Shown: positions 1 to 11,986 of the stretch, in pieces
Layout: each line of letters opens with the position of its first letter
Numbering within the stretch: the stretch's first letter is position 1
NCBI RefSeq assembly: GCF_058153355.1
Contig: NZ_CM177019.1
DNA length: 64,000 bases
Reading direction: 5' to 3' (one strand)
Position numbers and translations under genes: made by a program
The notes under the pieces: generated by a model
Database searches by the model: none
What the model saw: the letters and a program-made list of their open reading frames with translations, nothing else
What the model was told of the DNA's origin: nothing

Positions 1-241
1 CGGTATCAACCACGCGCCAGACGCCGTAAAGCTGATTATGGCTGTAGAGCGTTAACCCGTTGGAAAAATGAGTTAACAACGCCTTACCTCGCGTTTCCAC
101 ATGGGTAACGTGTTGACCGATAAGTTGTGATTGATAAGGTTTTAACTGCGGGAAGGCAAACCAGACATCAGTTAGAGGTTTGCCTTTGATCGCCGCCTCC
201 AGGTTATCCGCTGCACGGCGGATCTCCGGGCCTTCAGGCAT
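1..241 (-). CDS. nei: Endonuclease VIII (Nei), N-terminal part only; gene runs off the window start
   Basis: Reverse strand from ATG at 239-241 encodes [22 protein letters not shown]..., the Fpg/Nei N-terminal catalytic Pro2-Glu3 signature; position downstream of pxpA matches K-12 order. Confidence 0.8.
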   Translation of the reverse strand, partial: MPEGPEIRRAADNLEAAIKGKPLTDVWFAFPQLKPYQSQLIGQHVTHVETRGKALLTHFSNGLTLYSHNQLYGVWRVVDT

Positions 242-276
242 GGTGATATCCTTTTTTCATTCTTTATTAAGCGGGG

Positions 277-1011
277 TTATGCTGCGACAACAATCCCCTT
301 TTCGGCAAATGTAGAGCGTAGTCGGCGGGCGAACGCCAGTGCGTGTTCTCCATCGCCATGCAGGCAGACCGTTTGCGCCGTGACCGTTGCCCATTCGCCG
401 TTGATACTTTTGACTCTGCCGTGTTGCACCATCTCCAGCGTCTGCGCCAGCGCCTGTTCTTCGTTTTCAATCAACGCGCCAGGCTGACTTCGCGGTACCA
501 GTGAGCCGTCAGCCTGATATCCGCGATCGGCAAATACTTCCTCGCGCGTTGTCAGGCCATATTGCTTGCCTGCACGAATCAGCTCGCTTCCCGCCAGCCC
601 AACGAGAATCAACGCCGGATCGCAAGCGTAAACTGCTCTGGCAATGGCGTCTGCCAGTTGTGCCTCTTTCGCCGCCTGGTTGTATAACATGCCGTGCGGT
701 TTGACGTGACGCATCACGCCGCCTTGCGCGCGAGCAATAGCGGCCAGCGCACCAATTTGATACAGCGTTTGGGCGTAAACGGTTTCCGGCGGCAATTGCA
801 TGGCGCTACGGCCAAAATGTTCCCTGTCCGGAAAGCTCGGGTGAGCGCCAATGGCGACACCATTTTGTATGGCGTCACGCACACAAGCCTGCATGGTTTG
901 TGCATCGCCTGCATGAAATCCACAGGCAATATTGGCTGAGGAAACCAGCGTTAATAGCTCTGCATCACTCGCGCAGCCTTCGCCCAGATCGGCGTTCAGG
1001 TCAATTTTCAT
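277..1011 (-). CDS. pxpA: 5-oxoprolinase subunit A (LamB/YcsF family)
   Basis: 244-aa ORF; last gene of a three-gene overlapping operon; recognised as ybgL/pxpA. Confidence 0.85.
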   Translation of the reverse strand: MKIDLNADLGEGCASDAELLTLVSSANIACGFHAGDAQTMQACVRDAIQNGVAIGAHPSFPDREHFGRSAMQLPPETVYAQTLYQIGALAAIARAQGGVMRHVKPHGMLYNQAAKEAQLADAIARAVYACDPALILVGLAGSELIRAGKQYGLTTREEVFADRGYQADGSLVPRSQPGALIENEEQALAQTLEMVQHGRVKSINGEWATVTAQTVCLHGDGEHALAFARRLRSTFAEKGIVVAA

Positions 1012-1933
1012 TGTGCAGCCGCCACGCTAATTGTTCGAAATAACGTTGCTGATCTTGCCGCGCTTTCAGTGCCTCTTCCAGTGAACACTGGACAAAATGA
1101 ATCGGCTGACCGAGCGGAATTTGCGCCAGATGATACATATCAGCCTCAATGATACAGGCAATACGCGGGTACCCACCGGTGGTTTGCGCGTCGTTCATCA
1201 ACACAATCGGCTGCCCGTTATGCGGCACCTGCACCACGCCCGGCAACAAACCATGAGATAACAGTTCGCGATCGGTGGTGCGTTTTAAAATTTGCCCCTG
1301 TAAGCGATAACCCATGCGGTTACTTTGCGGGCTAAGTTGCCAGGGCGAACGCCAGAATGCATCCTGCGAGGCACGATCGAACTCATGATATTCCGGCCCT
1401 GGCAAGGCGCGAATGCGGTTGCCCCACAGCAGCTGTTTAACGCCCTGCGCTTCCATAAAATCACGCTTCGATTTACCCATCGGGAGTCGGTCACCATCCT
1501 TCAGTAAACGGCCTTCCAGCCCACCAATCCCCACTTTGAGATCGGTACTGCATGACCCCATTACCGGCGGAACATCAATACCACCCGCGACCGCCAGATA
1601 ACTGCGCATCCCGTGCTGCGGGCGTTTAAGCGTTAAACGCTGGCCTGCTTTCATCGGCAATCGCCAGCCAGTCCAGACGGCATTATCATCCAGCCGCGCT
1701 TCGCAACCTGCCCCCGTCAGGGCAAACCAACCATCAGTTTCGAACTCTACCGTTAACTGACCGAGCGTGATTTCCAGCGCCGGAGCGTTGGCATCATTAC
1801 CCACCAGCAGGTTAGCAATGCGTAACGCAGGCATATCCAGTGCGCCGCAGTGGCTGATACCCGACTGGCGAAAACCGTGACGACCGCCATCCTGCACAGT
1901 AGTATACATGCCCGCACGAATAATCTTCAGCAT
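1001..1933 (-). CDS. pxpC: 5-oxoprolinase subunit C (allophanate hydrolase subunit 2-like)
   Basis: 310-aa ORF; start overlaps pxpB stop by 7 bp and stop overlaps pxpA start by 11 bp. Confidence 0.85.
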
Positions 1934-2583
1934 ACTCCCTCCTTCTGCGGTACAAAGCGCACGCTGTCTCCCGGACGTAATAAGATGGGTTCGTCACGCG
2001 CCGGATCAAACAGGCTGAGTGAGGTATGACCAATCAACTGCCAGCCGCCCGGCGTTGCCAGCGGATAAACACCGGTCTGCGGCCCGCCGATCCCGACAGA
2101 ACCTGCCGGAACGAGCAAGCGCGGTTCAGCGCGCCGTGGCGTGTGTAGTTGTTCCGGCAAACTCCCGAGATACGGGAAGCCCGGTTGAAAACCTAAAAAC
2201 CAGACCACGTATTCCACAGAGGAGTGCAATTCAACAACCTGTTTTTCGCTCAATCCACAATGCGCCGCGACCACCGCCAAATCCGGTCCGCCTGCGCCAC
2301 CGTAAACCACCGGAATTTCAATAAAACGAGACTCCGGCTCCAGCGCCTCACTCTCCTCCCACCAGCGTTGCAAACGCTCTATGGCATCCAGCGCCAGCGA
2401 CTCAGGATTACGTAAAATCACCGTGATATTGTTCATGCCGGGAATGGCTTCAACCACATTCGGCATATCCACCAGACGCTGCGCCAGTCGCCAGATCCGT
2501 TTCTGGCTAGCCAGCGTCACCGGCGGTTCCAGCTCCAGCACTACCGCCGTTTCACCTATCAGATAACAACGCGCTCGTTGCAC
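1927..2583 (-). CDS. pxpB: 5-oxoprolinase subunit B (KipI-like)
   Basis: 218-aa ORF; first gene of the pxpBCA operon. Confidence 0.85.
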
Positions 2584-2605
2584 TTTCGATCCCTCTGATT
2601 ATTCG

Positions 2606-3349
2606 TTATGCAGGATTAGGAATATCAATAAAGGTCACATCAAGATCGGTATTTTCATTCAGCCACTCGCTCAATGCGCGAATACCACCGCGTTCAGTGG
2701 CATGGTGACCCGCAGCATAAAAATGCAATCCCTGCTCGCGGGCTGAATGAATGGTCTGTTCAGAAACTTCGCCAGTAATAAAAGCATCCACGCCAAAACG
2801 CGCGGCGCTATCGATAAAACTCTGCCCGCCGCCCGTGCACCAGGCAACGCGCTGAACCACCTCAGGTCCGGTATCGCCACACCATAACGGCTTACGACCC
2901 AGACGCGCTTCAATCCAGGAAGCCAGCTCCAGTCCCGGCACAGGCATGGTCAGTTCGCCCCACGGCACCAACGGCTCAATTTCGCCCAAGACCGTAATCC
3001 CAAGTAACGCCGCCAGCTGTGCGTTATTGCCCAGCTCTGGATGTGCGTCAAGCGGCAAATGCCAGCCATACAGGTTGATATCATTCGCCAGCAACGTTTT
3101 TAAACGGTTACGCTTCATGCCGCGAATTACCGGGGATTCGCCTTTCCAGAAGTAGCCATGATGCACAATGACCGCATCCGCGCCCAGACGCACCGCTTCA
3201 TCGAGCAAAGCCTGGCTGGCGGTGACACCGGTAACAATTTTTTGCACCGTCTCTTTGCCTTCCACCTGCAAACCATTCGGCGCGTAATCACTAATCGCCG
3301 CGCTGTTCAGTTTTTCGTTAATCAGTTGTTCCAGTTCGATGTTTTTCAT
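2606..3349 (-). CDS. ybgI: Nif3-family metal-binding protein (GTP cyclohydrolase 1 type 2 homolog)
   Basis: 247-aa ORF directly upstream of pxpB on the same strand; recognised YbgI sequence. Confidence 0.85.
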   Translation of the reverse strand: MKNIELEQLINEKLNSAAISDYAPNGLQVEGKETVQKIVTGVTASQALLDEAVRLGADAVIVHHGYFWKGESPVIRGMKRNRLKTLLANDINLYGWHLPLDAHPELGNNAQLAALLGITVLGEIEPLVPWGELTMPVPGLELASWIEARLGRKPLWCGDTGPEVVQRVAWCTGGGQSFIDSAARFGVDAFITGEVSEQTIHSAREQGLHFYAAGHHATERGGIRALSEWLNENTDLDVTFIDIPNPA

Positions 3350-3436
3350 CTTCGCGCCTTCCGTATTCTGATAGCTACACCGTTAACATAGCGTTACCTC
3401 GCCTGTTCGTCGATAGCCAATCTTTTGACATATTAA

Positions 3437-5101
<1,665 letters not shown>

Positions 5102-5116
5102 CAGGTCAGCACCGAT

Positions 5117-5149
5117 GCCTGATAAGACGCTCGCTGCGTTTTATCAGGC
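5117..5149. terminator. Hairpin between convergent dtpD and phr (gcctgataa ... ttatcaggc), likely bidirectional terminator / REP-like
   Basis: Perfect 9-bp inverted repeat with 15-nt loop located between two convergent stops. Confidence 0.5.
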
Positions 5150-6562
5150 TCCTTTCCTCGCTTCTTCGTACGCTGCCAGCGTTCGCAGCCTTGCCTCTTT
5201 GTGATCAACTATCGGTTGCGGATAATCCAGCGTCACACCTGCTTTCTGCGCCCACTTCCACGGTTCATGCACCGCTTTCCCTGGTACATCACGCAACTCT
5301 GGTAACCACTGGCGGATAAACTCACCTTCGTGGTCAAATTTCTCGCCCTGAGTTGTCGGGTTGAAAATACGGAAATACGGTGCAGCATCAGTTCCAGTAG
5401 AAGCCGCCCATTGCCAGCCACCGTTATTGGCTGCCAAATCACCATCAATCAGTTGCGACATGAAATATCGCTCGCCTTCCCGCCAGTCGATCAGCAAATC
5501 TTTCACCAGAAAACTGGCAGTAATCATCCGCAGGCGATTATGCATCCAGCCAGCGCTGTTAAGCTGACGCATGGCCGCATCAACAATCGGGTATCCCGTT
5601 TTGCCTTCCTGCCAGGCCTTTAAATGCGCGGGATTGCTTTGCCACTGTACGCGATCGGTCCAGGCAATAAAGGGGCGATGCTTACACAGTGACGGGTGAT
5701 ACGTCATCAAATGACGGTAGAACTCGCGCCAGATCAGCTCATTAAGCCAGACGCTACCCGGTCCGCCTTCCAGCGCCTGCGGCTGTTCCGCCAACAGGCG
5801 ATGCAGACACTGGCGAGGCGATAACCTACCCGTTGCAAGGCTTGCAGACAAACGGCTGGTGCCTTCCACTGCCGGAAAATCACGCTGCTGATCGTACTGA
5901 CTCGCACCGTTCTGGCAAAACTGGCGTAATTGCGCAATCGCCGCTTTTTCTTCCACCGGGAAATGCGCGGTATCGAAAGACTGACGAGGGTAATTCAGCG
6001 TAATAGATGGCGCGGGATCTAATGATCCGCTACTCCGAACTTTTGGCGCAGCGACGCACTCCGGCATCCCTTCCCGCAGCCGTTTCAGCCAGGCATTCTT
6101 AAAAGGCGTAAAGACTTTGTACATCTCATGATTGCCAGTCATCACCGCCCCCGGCGGCAGGATCACGCTGTCATCGAACCCTTCACACACCACGTTACTC
6201 AGCGCTCTTTCAACTTCCACATCCCGCGCCCGCTCATTCACCTCATACTGATAGTTATAAAACAGATGGGTAACACGATTTTCCGCGCACACCTGTTTAA
6301 CTATTTCGACGCTGGCGGCAAAGTCATCCACTTCATGAAACAGCAAAGGAATGCCTTTTTCCGCCAGCGCGATTTGTAGCCCGTTCAGTTGTGCATTGAT
6401 AAATTCAGCCTGACGCGGCGACATATTATGCGCCGCCCACTGGCGTGGTGTAGCGATATACAACGCCAGCACGCGTGCAGACGAATAGCGGCAAGCGGCC
6501 GCCAGCGCGAGATTATCATGCAGACGTAAATCCTGGCGAAACCAGACCAGATGGGTAGTCAT
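5144..6562 (-). CDS. phr: Deoxyribodipyrimidine photolyase
   Basis: 472-aa ORF with C-terminal FAD-binding region (WQWAASTGTDAAPYFRIFNP). Confidence 0.9.
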   Translation of the reverse strand: MTTHLVWFRQDLRLHDNLALAAACRYSSARVLALYIATPRQWAAHNMSPRQAEFINAQLNGLQIALAEKGIPLLFHEVDDFAASVEIVKQVCAENRVTHLFYNYQYEVNERARDVEVERALSNVVCEGFDDSVILPPGAVMTGNHEMYKVFTPFKNAWLKRLREGMPECVAAPKVRSSGSLDPAPSITLNYPRQSFDTAHFPVEEKAAIAQLRQFCQNGASQYDQQRDFPAVEGTSRLSASLATGRLSPRQCLHRLLAEQPQALEGGPGSVWLNELIWREFYRHLMTYHPSLCKHRPFIAWTDRVQWQSNPAHLKAWQEGKTGYPIVDAAMRQLNSAGWMHNRLRMITASFLVKDLLIDWREGERYFMSQLIDGDLAANNGGWQWAASTGTDAAPYFRIFNPTTQGEKFDHEGEFIRQWLPELRDVPGKAVHEPWKWAQKAGVTLDYPQPIVDHKEARLRTLAAYEEARKGA

Positions 6563-7113
6563 AAAACTCCTGCATGGCGCAAGTTAATCACCCGCGGCCA
6601 AAGTTCGAAATAACGCTGCTCTGAAAGCCAGGCGTCAGGATAAAGCGCCATATAGTGTTTGATACGCATCAGCGGCGCAAGAAGCGGTTGCTCGCCACGG
6701 CGATAACTGTCGATAAGCGCCGCCAGCTGCTGGCGTTCTGTGGAATCAATATGTGGGCGAAAATAACCCTGAACGTGCATCAAAACGTTGGTGTGATCGC
6801 GCGGGTTGGCGGGATGAGAAAGCAAAACAATGACGCGTTGGCGGTACTGGTTGTAATAGTCATCCAGATTTTGCCACTGGTGAATATCAGCCACAAACGG
6901 GCCAAGTTTGCGGTATTCCGGCTGGGAATGAGCCAGAAAGACGAGTTTATAGCGGCTGTGATAATCGTTGAGCGCCCCGCGCGTTAAGCCATGTTCTTTC
7001 AGTCGATGTAACTCATAAAGCGCGAAGATACGGATTAAAGTGCTTTCATCAAATCGTTGCTGATTCATTACTGCTCCTGAACGGTTTACAGGAGTAAGTG
7101 TAGACGTTGGCAA
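6559..7113 (-). CDS. ybgA: DUF1722 protein YbgA (co-transcribed with phr)
   Basis: ORF whose stop overlaps phr start by 4 bp; true start may be an internal ATG (K-12 protein is shorter than the 184-aa maximal ORF). Confidence 0.7.
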   Translation of the reverse strand: MPTSTLTPVNRSGAVMNQQRFDESTLIRIFALYELHRLKEHGLTRGALNDYHSRYKLVFLAHSQPEYRKLGPFVADIHQWQNLDDYYNQYRQRVIVLLSHPANPRDHTNVLMHVQGYFRPHIDSTERQQLAALIDSYRRGEQPLLAPLMRIKHYMALYPDAWLSEQRYFELWPRVINLRHAGVL

Positions 7114-7128
7114 ATGATGTTTGTGAAG

Positions 7129-7986
7129 TTAATCCTGTTGTAGCAGGGCAAGATTACGAAAGCACGCTCCCCGCAAGGACTGACGCCAGGTAGTTTCTGT
7201 CCATGGCTGCCCTTTCCATTCACACGTGAAATCAATAAGTTCATCAGGGACATCGCAAACAATGTGAAGACGGATTTCTTCTCTGCCGTGACTCTTTTCA
7301 CTAATTGCGTAACTGTCATGCTCTGGATTATTTAATTCTTTCAGTGAGAATTTTTCCTCAAAGGCTTTATTTAGCCGCCCCTGGTTTCCTTTTACAGCGA
7401 ATAAATAATCACCTCCCTGTTTTTGTATCTTCTCTGCAATATCTTTCTGGCAACCCATCGCATCAGTTGTGATGATTTTTCCTTTAATATCCAGCATGTT
7501 AAGAAGTTCAGGGATAGCTGTAATTTCATTTGATTTCTCATCCGTCCTGATCTGTCCGATGACCAGACTGTGCATTGTTGAGAACGCACTAATGACATGA
7601 ATCGCTCCCCTGCAGCGACTCTTGTCATAAGAATGCCGGAGCTTTTTTCCATCAATTGCAATGACGTCTTTATCATCTGAAGAATGGCAGTCACGCATCC
7701 AGTTAATAAAGCACTCGTGAAATTTTGCAGGACTGATACAGGATACAACTCTGGCAATGGTATCGTGAACAGGAATACCATTTTCAAAATCACCCTATTG
7801 CTTCAAAAAATCGAGATGTGTTTCCCCAAAATCCTCTATATCTTCTCAACCTTCTGCACCCGAAATAACGGCGCAAATAGTCAACAGTAGAATATCCGAT
7901 AATTTATGTTCCACTTTCCAGGCTTGTCTGTAATCGGGGATAATAGAAATATGTTCCATCAATTTTTTAAGTACCATTTTGTTCTC
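7129..7986 (-). pseudogene. Decayed H-repeat (ISAs1-family) transposase: frameshifted and internally deleted
   Basis: N-terminus [43 protein letters not shown] then stop; body in two overlapping frames (7392-7793 and 7129-7698); the canonical C-terminal peptide [12 protein letters not shown] appears out of frame after ...EWKG, indicating an internal deletion. Confidence 0.8.
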
Positions 7987-8370
7987 CTTAATTATGTAAG
8001 GAGTATTTGATCATGTATAAGCAATAAAAAACAGCTTCAGGTAATGAGGAATATCTCAATTTTTAAACATAAAATGCGAATTGTTTAGTACAAAAAAGCA
8101 GCGTTACGTGATCTTTTCCTGCCATGGGTCTTTACCACAGCAGCTGGGGTTGTTTGGGACCGACTTCCGACAGCAGATCCCGGTGAGCCTGCCACCATCT
8201 CTTCACAAGCTTATGCTTATTACATGCAAAACGTCCCGTTTTGCATCTTTGTGCCTACGGCACACGATGATCTTTCCCTGAGGAGTCATACTTTGTTAGG
8301 ATAAAAAACCTTTAAATAGCTTTCCTACCTTCCAATAAAAACCACAGAATCAGCAATGTTTAAATTTCAA

Positions 8371-9192
8371 TCAGTATTGAGTTTCATTTGTGATCTCTAC
8401 ATTCACTCCTGATGGCTTCTCGCTAAATAAATATCTCATACTCTCATTCTCCATAATCACGGATATATTTAACCCTCCATGAATCCATTGATATGTAATA
8501 TTTTTATCATCAATCTTATAACTAAAATTCCCAATTGGTAACTTTTCCTTCAGATAATTATTCTCCTCATAACTAAGTGCTAGTAATTTATCATAGGCAC
8601 CTTTTAAATCAAAACCCTCAAAATAGCAATGTTCTTTTGATGAACCATCAAATTCTTTTCTGGGATTAGCATCATGACACCAAGTCGACCATTTTTCTTT
8701 TTTTTCCTCAGAAGTATGTTTTTTTTCATTGAAAAACAGCACATAATATTTCTCTGGGATTATTATCTGATCATTAATTTTTAAGATATCTCTATATGGC
8801 CCAGGACATTTATGAACAGAATCCATAATGGATATTTCTTCAGGAAAAAGTTTGCCTTCATGTTTAAATAATTTCCTGTACATACCAACTGTTGTTTGTG
8901 ATAAGTAATATGACAAGGGCTTTTTTTTAACTTCAACATAGTCAGTCGAGCATACGAGACTATTTTCCAATGAATAATCATTTATCGTTAGCTTTCGCCC
9001 ATCCATATTTATCACTACCTTACTGTATGTTTCATCAAGGGCACTTATTATAAGCGAATCATGTTTACCAAAAACATCGATATCTGAAACATTATGATAA
9101 ATCCATACGGTATTTTTAGTATTATCATTAGAATATGCGATACCATGAATAAAAAAAATCATTAGAAAGCCCATAAAAAATTTACCGCGCAT
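8371..9192 (-). CDS. Secreted (signal-peptide) protein of unknown function; candidate immunity protein for the upstream effector
   Basis: 273-aa ORF, N-terminal hydrophobic signal peptide (MRGKFFMGFLMIFFIHGIAYS), very AT-rich and K/N/E-rich; AAGGA ribosome-binding site; starts 19 bp after the effector stop. Confidence 0.6.
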   Translation of the reverse strand: MRGKFFMGFLMIFFIHGIAYSNDNTKNTVWIYHNVSDIDVFGKHDSLIISALDETYSKVVINMDGRKLTINDYSLENSLVCSTDYVEVKKKPLSYYLSQTTVGMYRKLFKHEGKLFPEEISIMDSVHKCPGPYRDILKINDQIIIPEKYYVLFFNEKKHTSEEKKEKWSTWCHDANPRKEFDGSSKEHCYFEGFDLKGAYDKLLALSYEENNYLKEKLPIGNFSYKIDDKNITYQWIHGGLNISVIMENESMRYLFSEKPSGVNVEITNETQY

Positions 9193-9211
9193 ACAAATTC
9201 CTTAATGTAAA

Positions 9212-11977
9212 TCAATGTGATGAATCATAAACATTATTCAAAAATAGATTTTGTTCTTTTCGGCGTCGTATAACAAGGCCAGCAACTCCGCCATTTGTAA
9301 TATCAAGAAATTCATTGGAGGCACCTATATAATCCTTTTGATTAAGTTTAGAATTCAAATTCGGTGCCTTACTCATGCTCCCCATATTAAACAATAAACT
9401 TATTAACGCATCAAATTCGTACTGATATAAATCCACACTCACTGTTCTTTTAAGCTCACTAACAAAACCAGATAAACGCTCTTCAAATAACTCATCAGCT
9501 TTAGCAATTGTTATTCCATGCTGAAATTCTTCTGGTAAAACTATATCATTGCAACGTTGTGTAGCAATTAAATGTCCATAACCTATAGTACAGTAACCTT
9601 CTGAATCATTATATGCTGTTAGTTGTAAATATTCCCATTCTTTTATAAAACCCTTACCTTTATTTGATACATTCAAATCTGCAATGGCGATCCTTTCAGC
9701 AGTTTGTTCTTCGTTAAAACTATTGATGTACCCCTCCATCAATATATCAATTGGATCATGTAAATCATCCCGTCTATAAAATGGAGGTATTTGTGTATTA
9801 TTCGGCGGAGGCGCTCCATTGTTTCCTGGATAGTATTCAAAATGCAACATATAAACCACTTCTTCCCCAGGGATTATAACTGGAGGCCTCCCTGTATCAG
9901 GTTTAATCATCAACCCTGTTTTGGCAATTATTGCCCCTTGCATAATATGATCATTAATCTTTACTAAAATACTTGATGGATCAACTTCACCATACCGCAC
10001 ATAGAAATGCCGACCATCTCTAGTCGAGTGCTCAATCGTAACTTGCCAAGTACCGTAATAGTATCGAGAAATAGCTCTTACTATTCCGTTGCAAACCGAA
10101 ACAATATCAGACTTCGGTTCCGTATATAGATCACGCGCTCCATGTTTTCTATTACCATTATTACGATTTCGTCCAAATATAGCTTGAGAGGCATTTCGAT
10201 CTGTCAAGGCAGCAGCCCAAAAATAATTTTTCCACTTTCCATTTTTGTCATTATTAGGTTTTACTTTTAAAGGAAAAATAATTTGATTTGATTTTTTCTG
10301 AGATAATGAATCTAAAAACACAACCGGATGAAAATGCCACACAGCATCATCACTATTAAACGGAGATACCCCGCTCATCCACTCCAGATCCAGCTGCCAC
10401 TTCTCACAGTATGCCACTTCCTCTGTATCCAGATCTTTATAAAATCCTTCCCACCGCCCTGTCGAGCGCCCTCCGTACCATTCGCTGTGGTGTTTAACTA
10501 TCAGATGATTCACCACATTTCTCACCAGTGGTTCACGCACGATCAGCGCCTGTCTGATCTCTTCCTCCGTCACTTTTCCATCACCGTCCTGATCCATACC
10601 CGCCATCAGCTCACGATAAAAGGGCGGTACCTGCTCATACAGCCACTCATCTCCCTGTTCTGCGGCACGGCTTATTGAGTCAAACGCTTCCGGCACCCAT
10701 CCTTCGTACGGGCTGTACGTCATGTCACCGCTGCTGTTCTCCTCCAGCGGTTGAAAACCCAGCTTCAGTAAATCATACTGTCCGGCCTCTTCAACATCCT
10801 TTTGTGGCAGCCAGCCGGTTCCGGTGATATTAAACCACCACTGCTGCGATTCATCCGTGACTGGTGTCGTGGCTTCCCGCGGAAGAACGCGCTGAGCACC
10901 CAGCGTGGCTGCGGTTGCGGTAAATACCTCCTGTCCCGGAACGGCCTGCCGGGTGTATAAAATTATCCCTTTTGGTGCCAGAACAGTCCGTTTTTCTCCC
11001 TTAACGCCTGCCGGGTTGGATAAGAACTTTGGCATATTCGGGTCTGTACTCAGAACCTCCAGATGGACGAACCACTCGCGCTCAATCTCACCGCTTCCCT
11101 CGCCAGGATAATCCTCGCATCCCATAAATCCGACCGGTGTTCCGGCACTGACTTTCCACTCTTCCGTTTCGTCGACCGTCTGTACCGAGTCAAAAATGCC
11201 TTTTGCCTTCGCCTTCTGCATCCACTCAGGCATCAGCATCTGTATTTCGCCATCTGACTCCATCAGATCCGGATCCAGGGTCACCCAGTACTGCTCATTC
11301 CCCGGTTTATTGCCTTCCAGCAGGCGAACCAGTCCGAATGTCGTCAGGACCGGCTGGCCGTTATTGGTCACGTAAAAACGTCCGGTCCGGGATGACACAA
11401 ACCGATCTCCCGCATTAAGTGTCCTGTTTCCGCTGATTTTCGGGGGTATCCAGTACGTGGCATGATCTCCGCTTTCCTGCCCCTCGGGAAGGCCGTTCTT
11501 TCCCGGGATGTATCGGTGCAGCAATATGCCACCATGCCCGGTTTTAACTTTATAGCAGGGGGAGCCGGGATAATCGTTCACCGGGGCCAGATGCATATAG
11601 AGACAGTAAAATTCCAGCCAGCTTTCTTTTTTTTGCGGGTCTGGCTGGCACTGCGATTTCACCAGAACAAATGTGCTGCTGTAACGGAGTTGCTGCCCTT
11701 TGTAGGGGCCTTTCAGGTAATCATTATTTATCCGGTACGCCGCAATGGTGCCATCGGCCATAAACTGAAGAGGAACCGGTTCTCCGGTAGCGGCGGTATC
11801 CGGTTTCAGGGCTGATAACGGATTAGACACGTCACTGATATGTATCCCGCCGTGCCACAGCCCGTTTCCACCCAGCAGCCAGGTTCCGTGCGCTTCTTTG
11901 TCAATAAGCCGCATTATCTCATCCAGTGAGCGAAACTCTTTGCCTTCTTTATCCCTGATGGGATGGCTGATTTTCAT
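9212..11977 (-). CDS. Candidate T6SS cargo effector: multidomain peptidoglycan hydrolase (M23/LytM-like domain plus C-terminal T4-lysozyme-like GH24 domain), with an EF-hand-like loop
   Basis: 921-aa ORF starting 9 bp after the vgrG stop with an AAGGA ribosome-binding site; C-terminus carries the phage-lysozyme signature EWEYLQLTAYNDSEGYCTIGYGHL; middle region has KHGARD (HxxxD) ... YMLHFEY (M23-like); DQDGDGKVTEEE calcium-binding-type loop. Confidence 0.7.
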   Translation of the reverse strand: MKISHPIRDKEGKEFRSLDEIMRLIDKEAHGTWLLGGNGLWHGGIHISDVSNPLSALKPDTAATGEPVPLQFMADGTIAAYRINNDYLKGPYKGQQLRYSSTFVLVKSQCQPDPQKKESWLEFYCLYMHLAPVNDYPGSPCYKVKTGHGGILLHRYIPGKNGLPEGQESGDHATYWIPPKISGNRTLNAGDRFVSSRTGRFYVTNNGQPVLTTFGLVRLLEGNKPGNEQYWVTLDPDLMESDGEIQMLMPEWMQKAKAKGIFDSVQTVDETEEWKVSAGTPVGFMGCEDYPGEGSGEIEREWFVHLEVLSTDPNMPKFLSNPAGVKGEKRTVLAPKGIILYTRQAVPGQEVFTATAATLGAQRVLPREATTPVTDESQQWWFNITGTGWLPQKDVEEAGQYDLLKLGFQPLEENSSGDMTYSPYEGWVPEAFDSISRAAEQGDEWLYEQVPPFYRELMAGMDQDGDGKVTEEEIRQALIVREPLVRNVVNHLIVKHHSEWYGGRSTGRWEGFYKDLDTEEVAYCEKWQLDLEWMSGVSPFNSDDAVWHFHPVVFLDSLSQKKSNQIIFPLKVKPNNDKNGKWKNYFWAAALTDRNASQAIFGRNRNNGNRKHGARDLYTEPKSDIVSVCNGIVRAISRYYYGTWQVTIEHSTRDGRHFYVRYGEVDPSSILVKINDHIMQGAIIAKTGLMIKPDTGRPPVIIPGEEVVYMLHFEYYPGNNGAPPPNNTQIPPFYRRDDLHDPIDILMEGYINSFNEEQTAERIAIADLNVSNKGKGFIKEWEYLQLTAYNDSEGYCTIGYGHLIATQRCNDIVLPEEFQHGITIAKADELFEERLSGFVSELKRTVSVDLYQYEFDALISLLFNMGSMSKAPNLNSKLNQKDYIGASNEFLDITNGGVAGLVIRRRKEQNLFLNNVYDSSH

Positions 11978-11986
11978 GTTCAGTCC

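Noticed and set aside
9212-11977. The 921-aa protein as an Rhs/YD-repeat toxin (expected at an Rhs-type locus)
   Set aside because: No YD/RHS repeat motifs or PxxxxDPxGL core-end motif are visible; domain signatures point to cell-wall hydrolases instead
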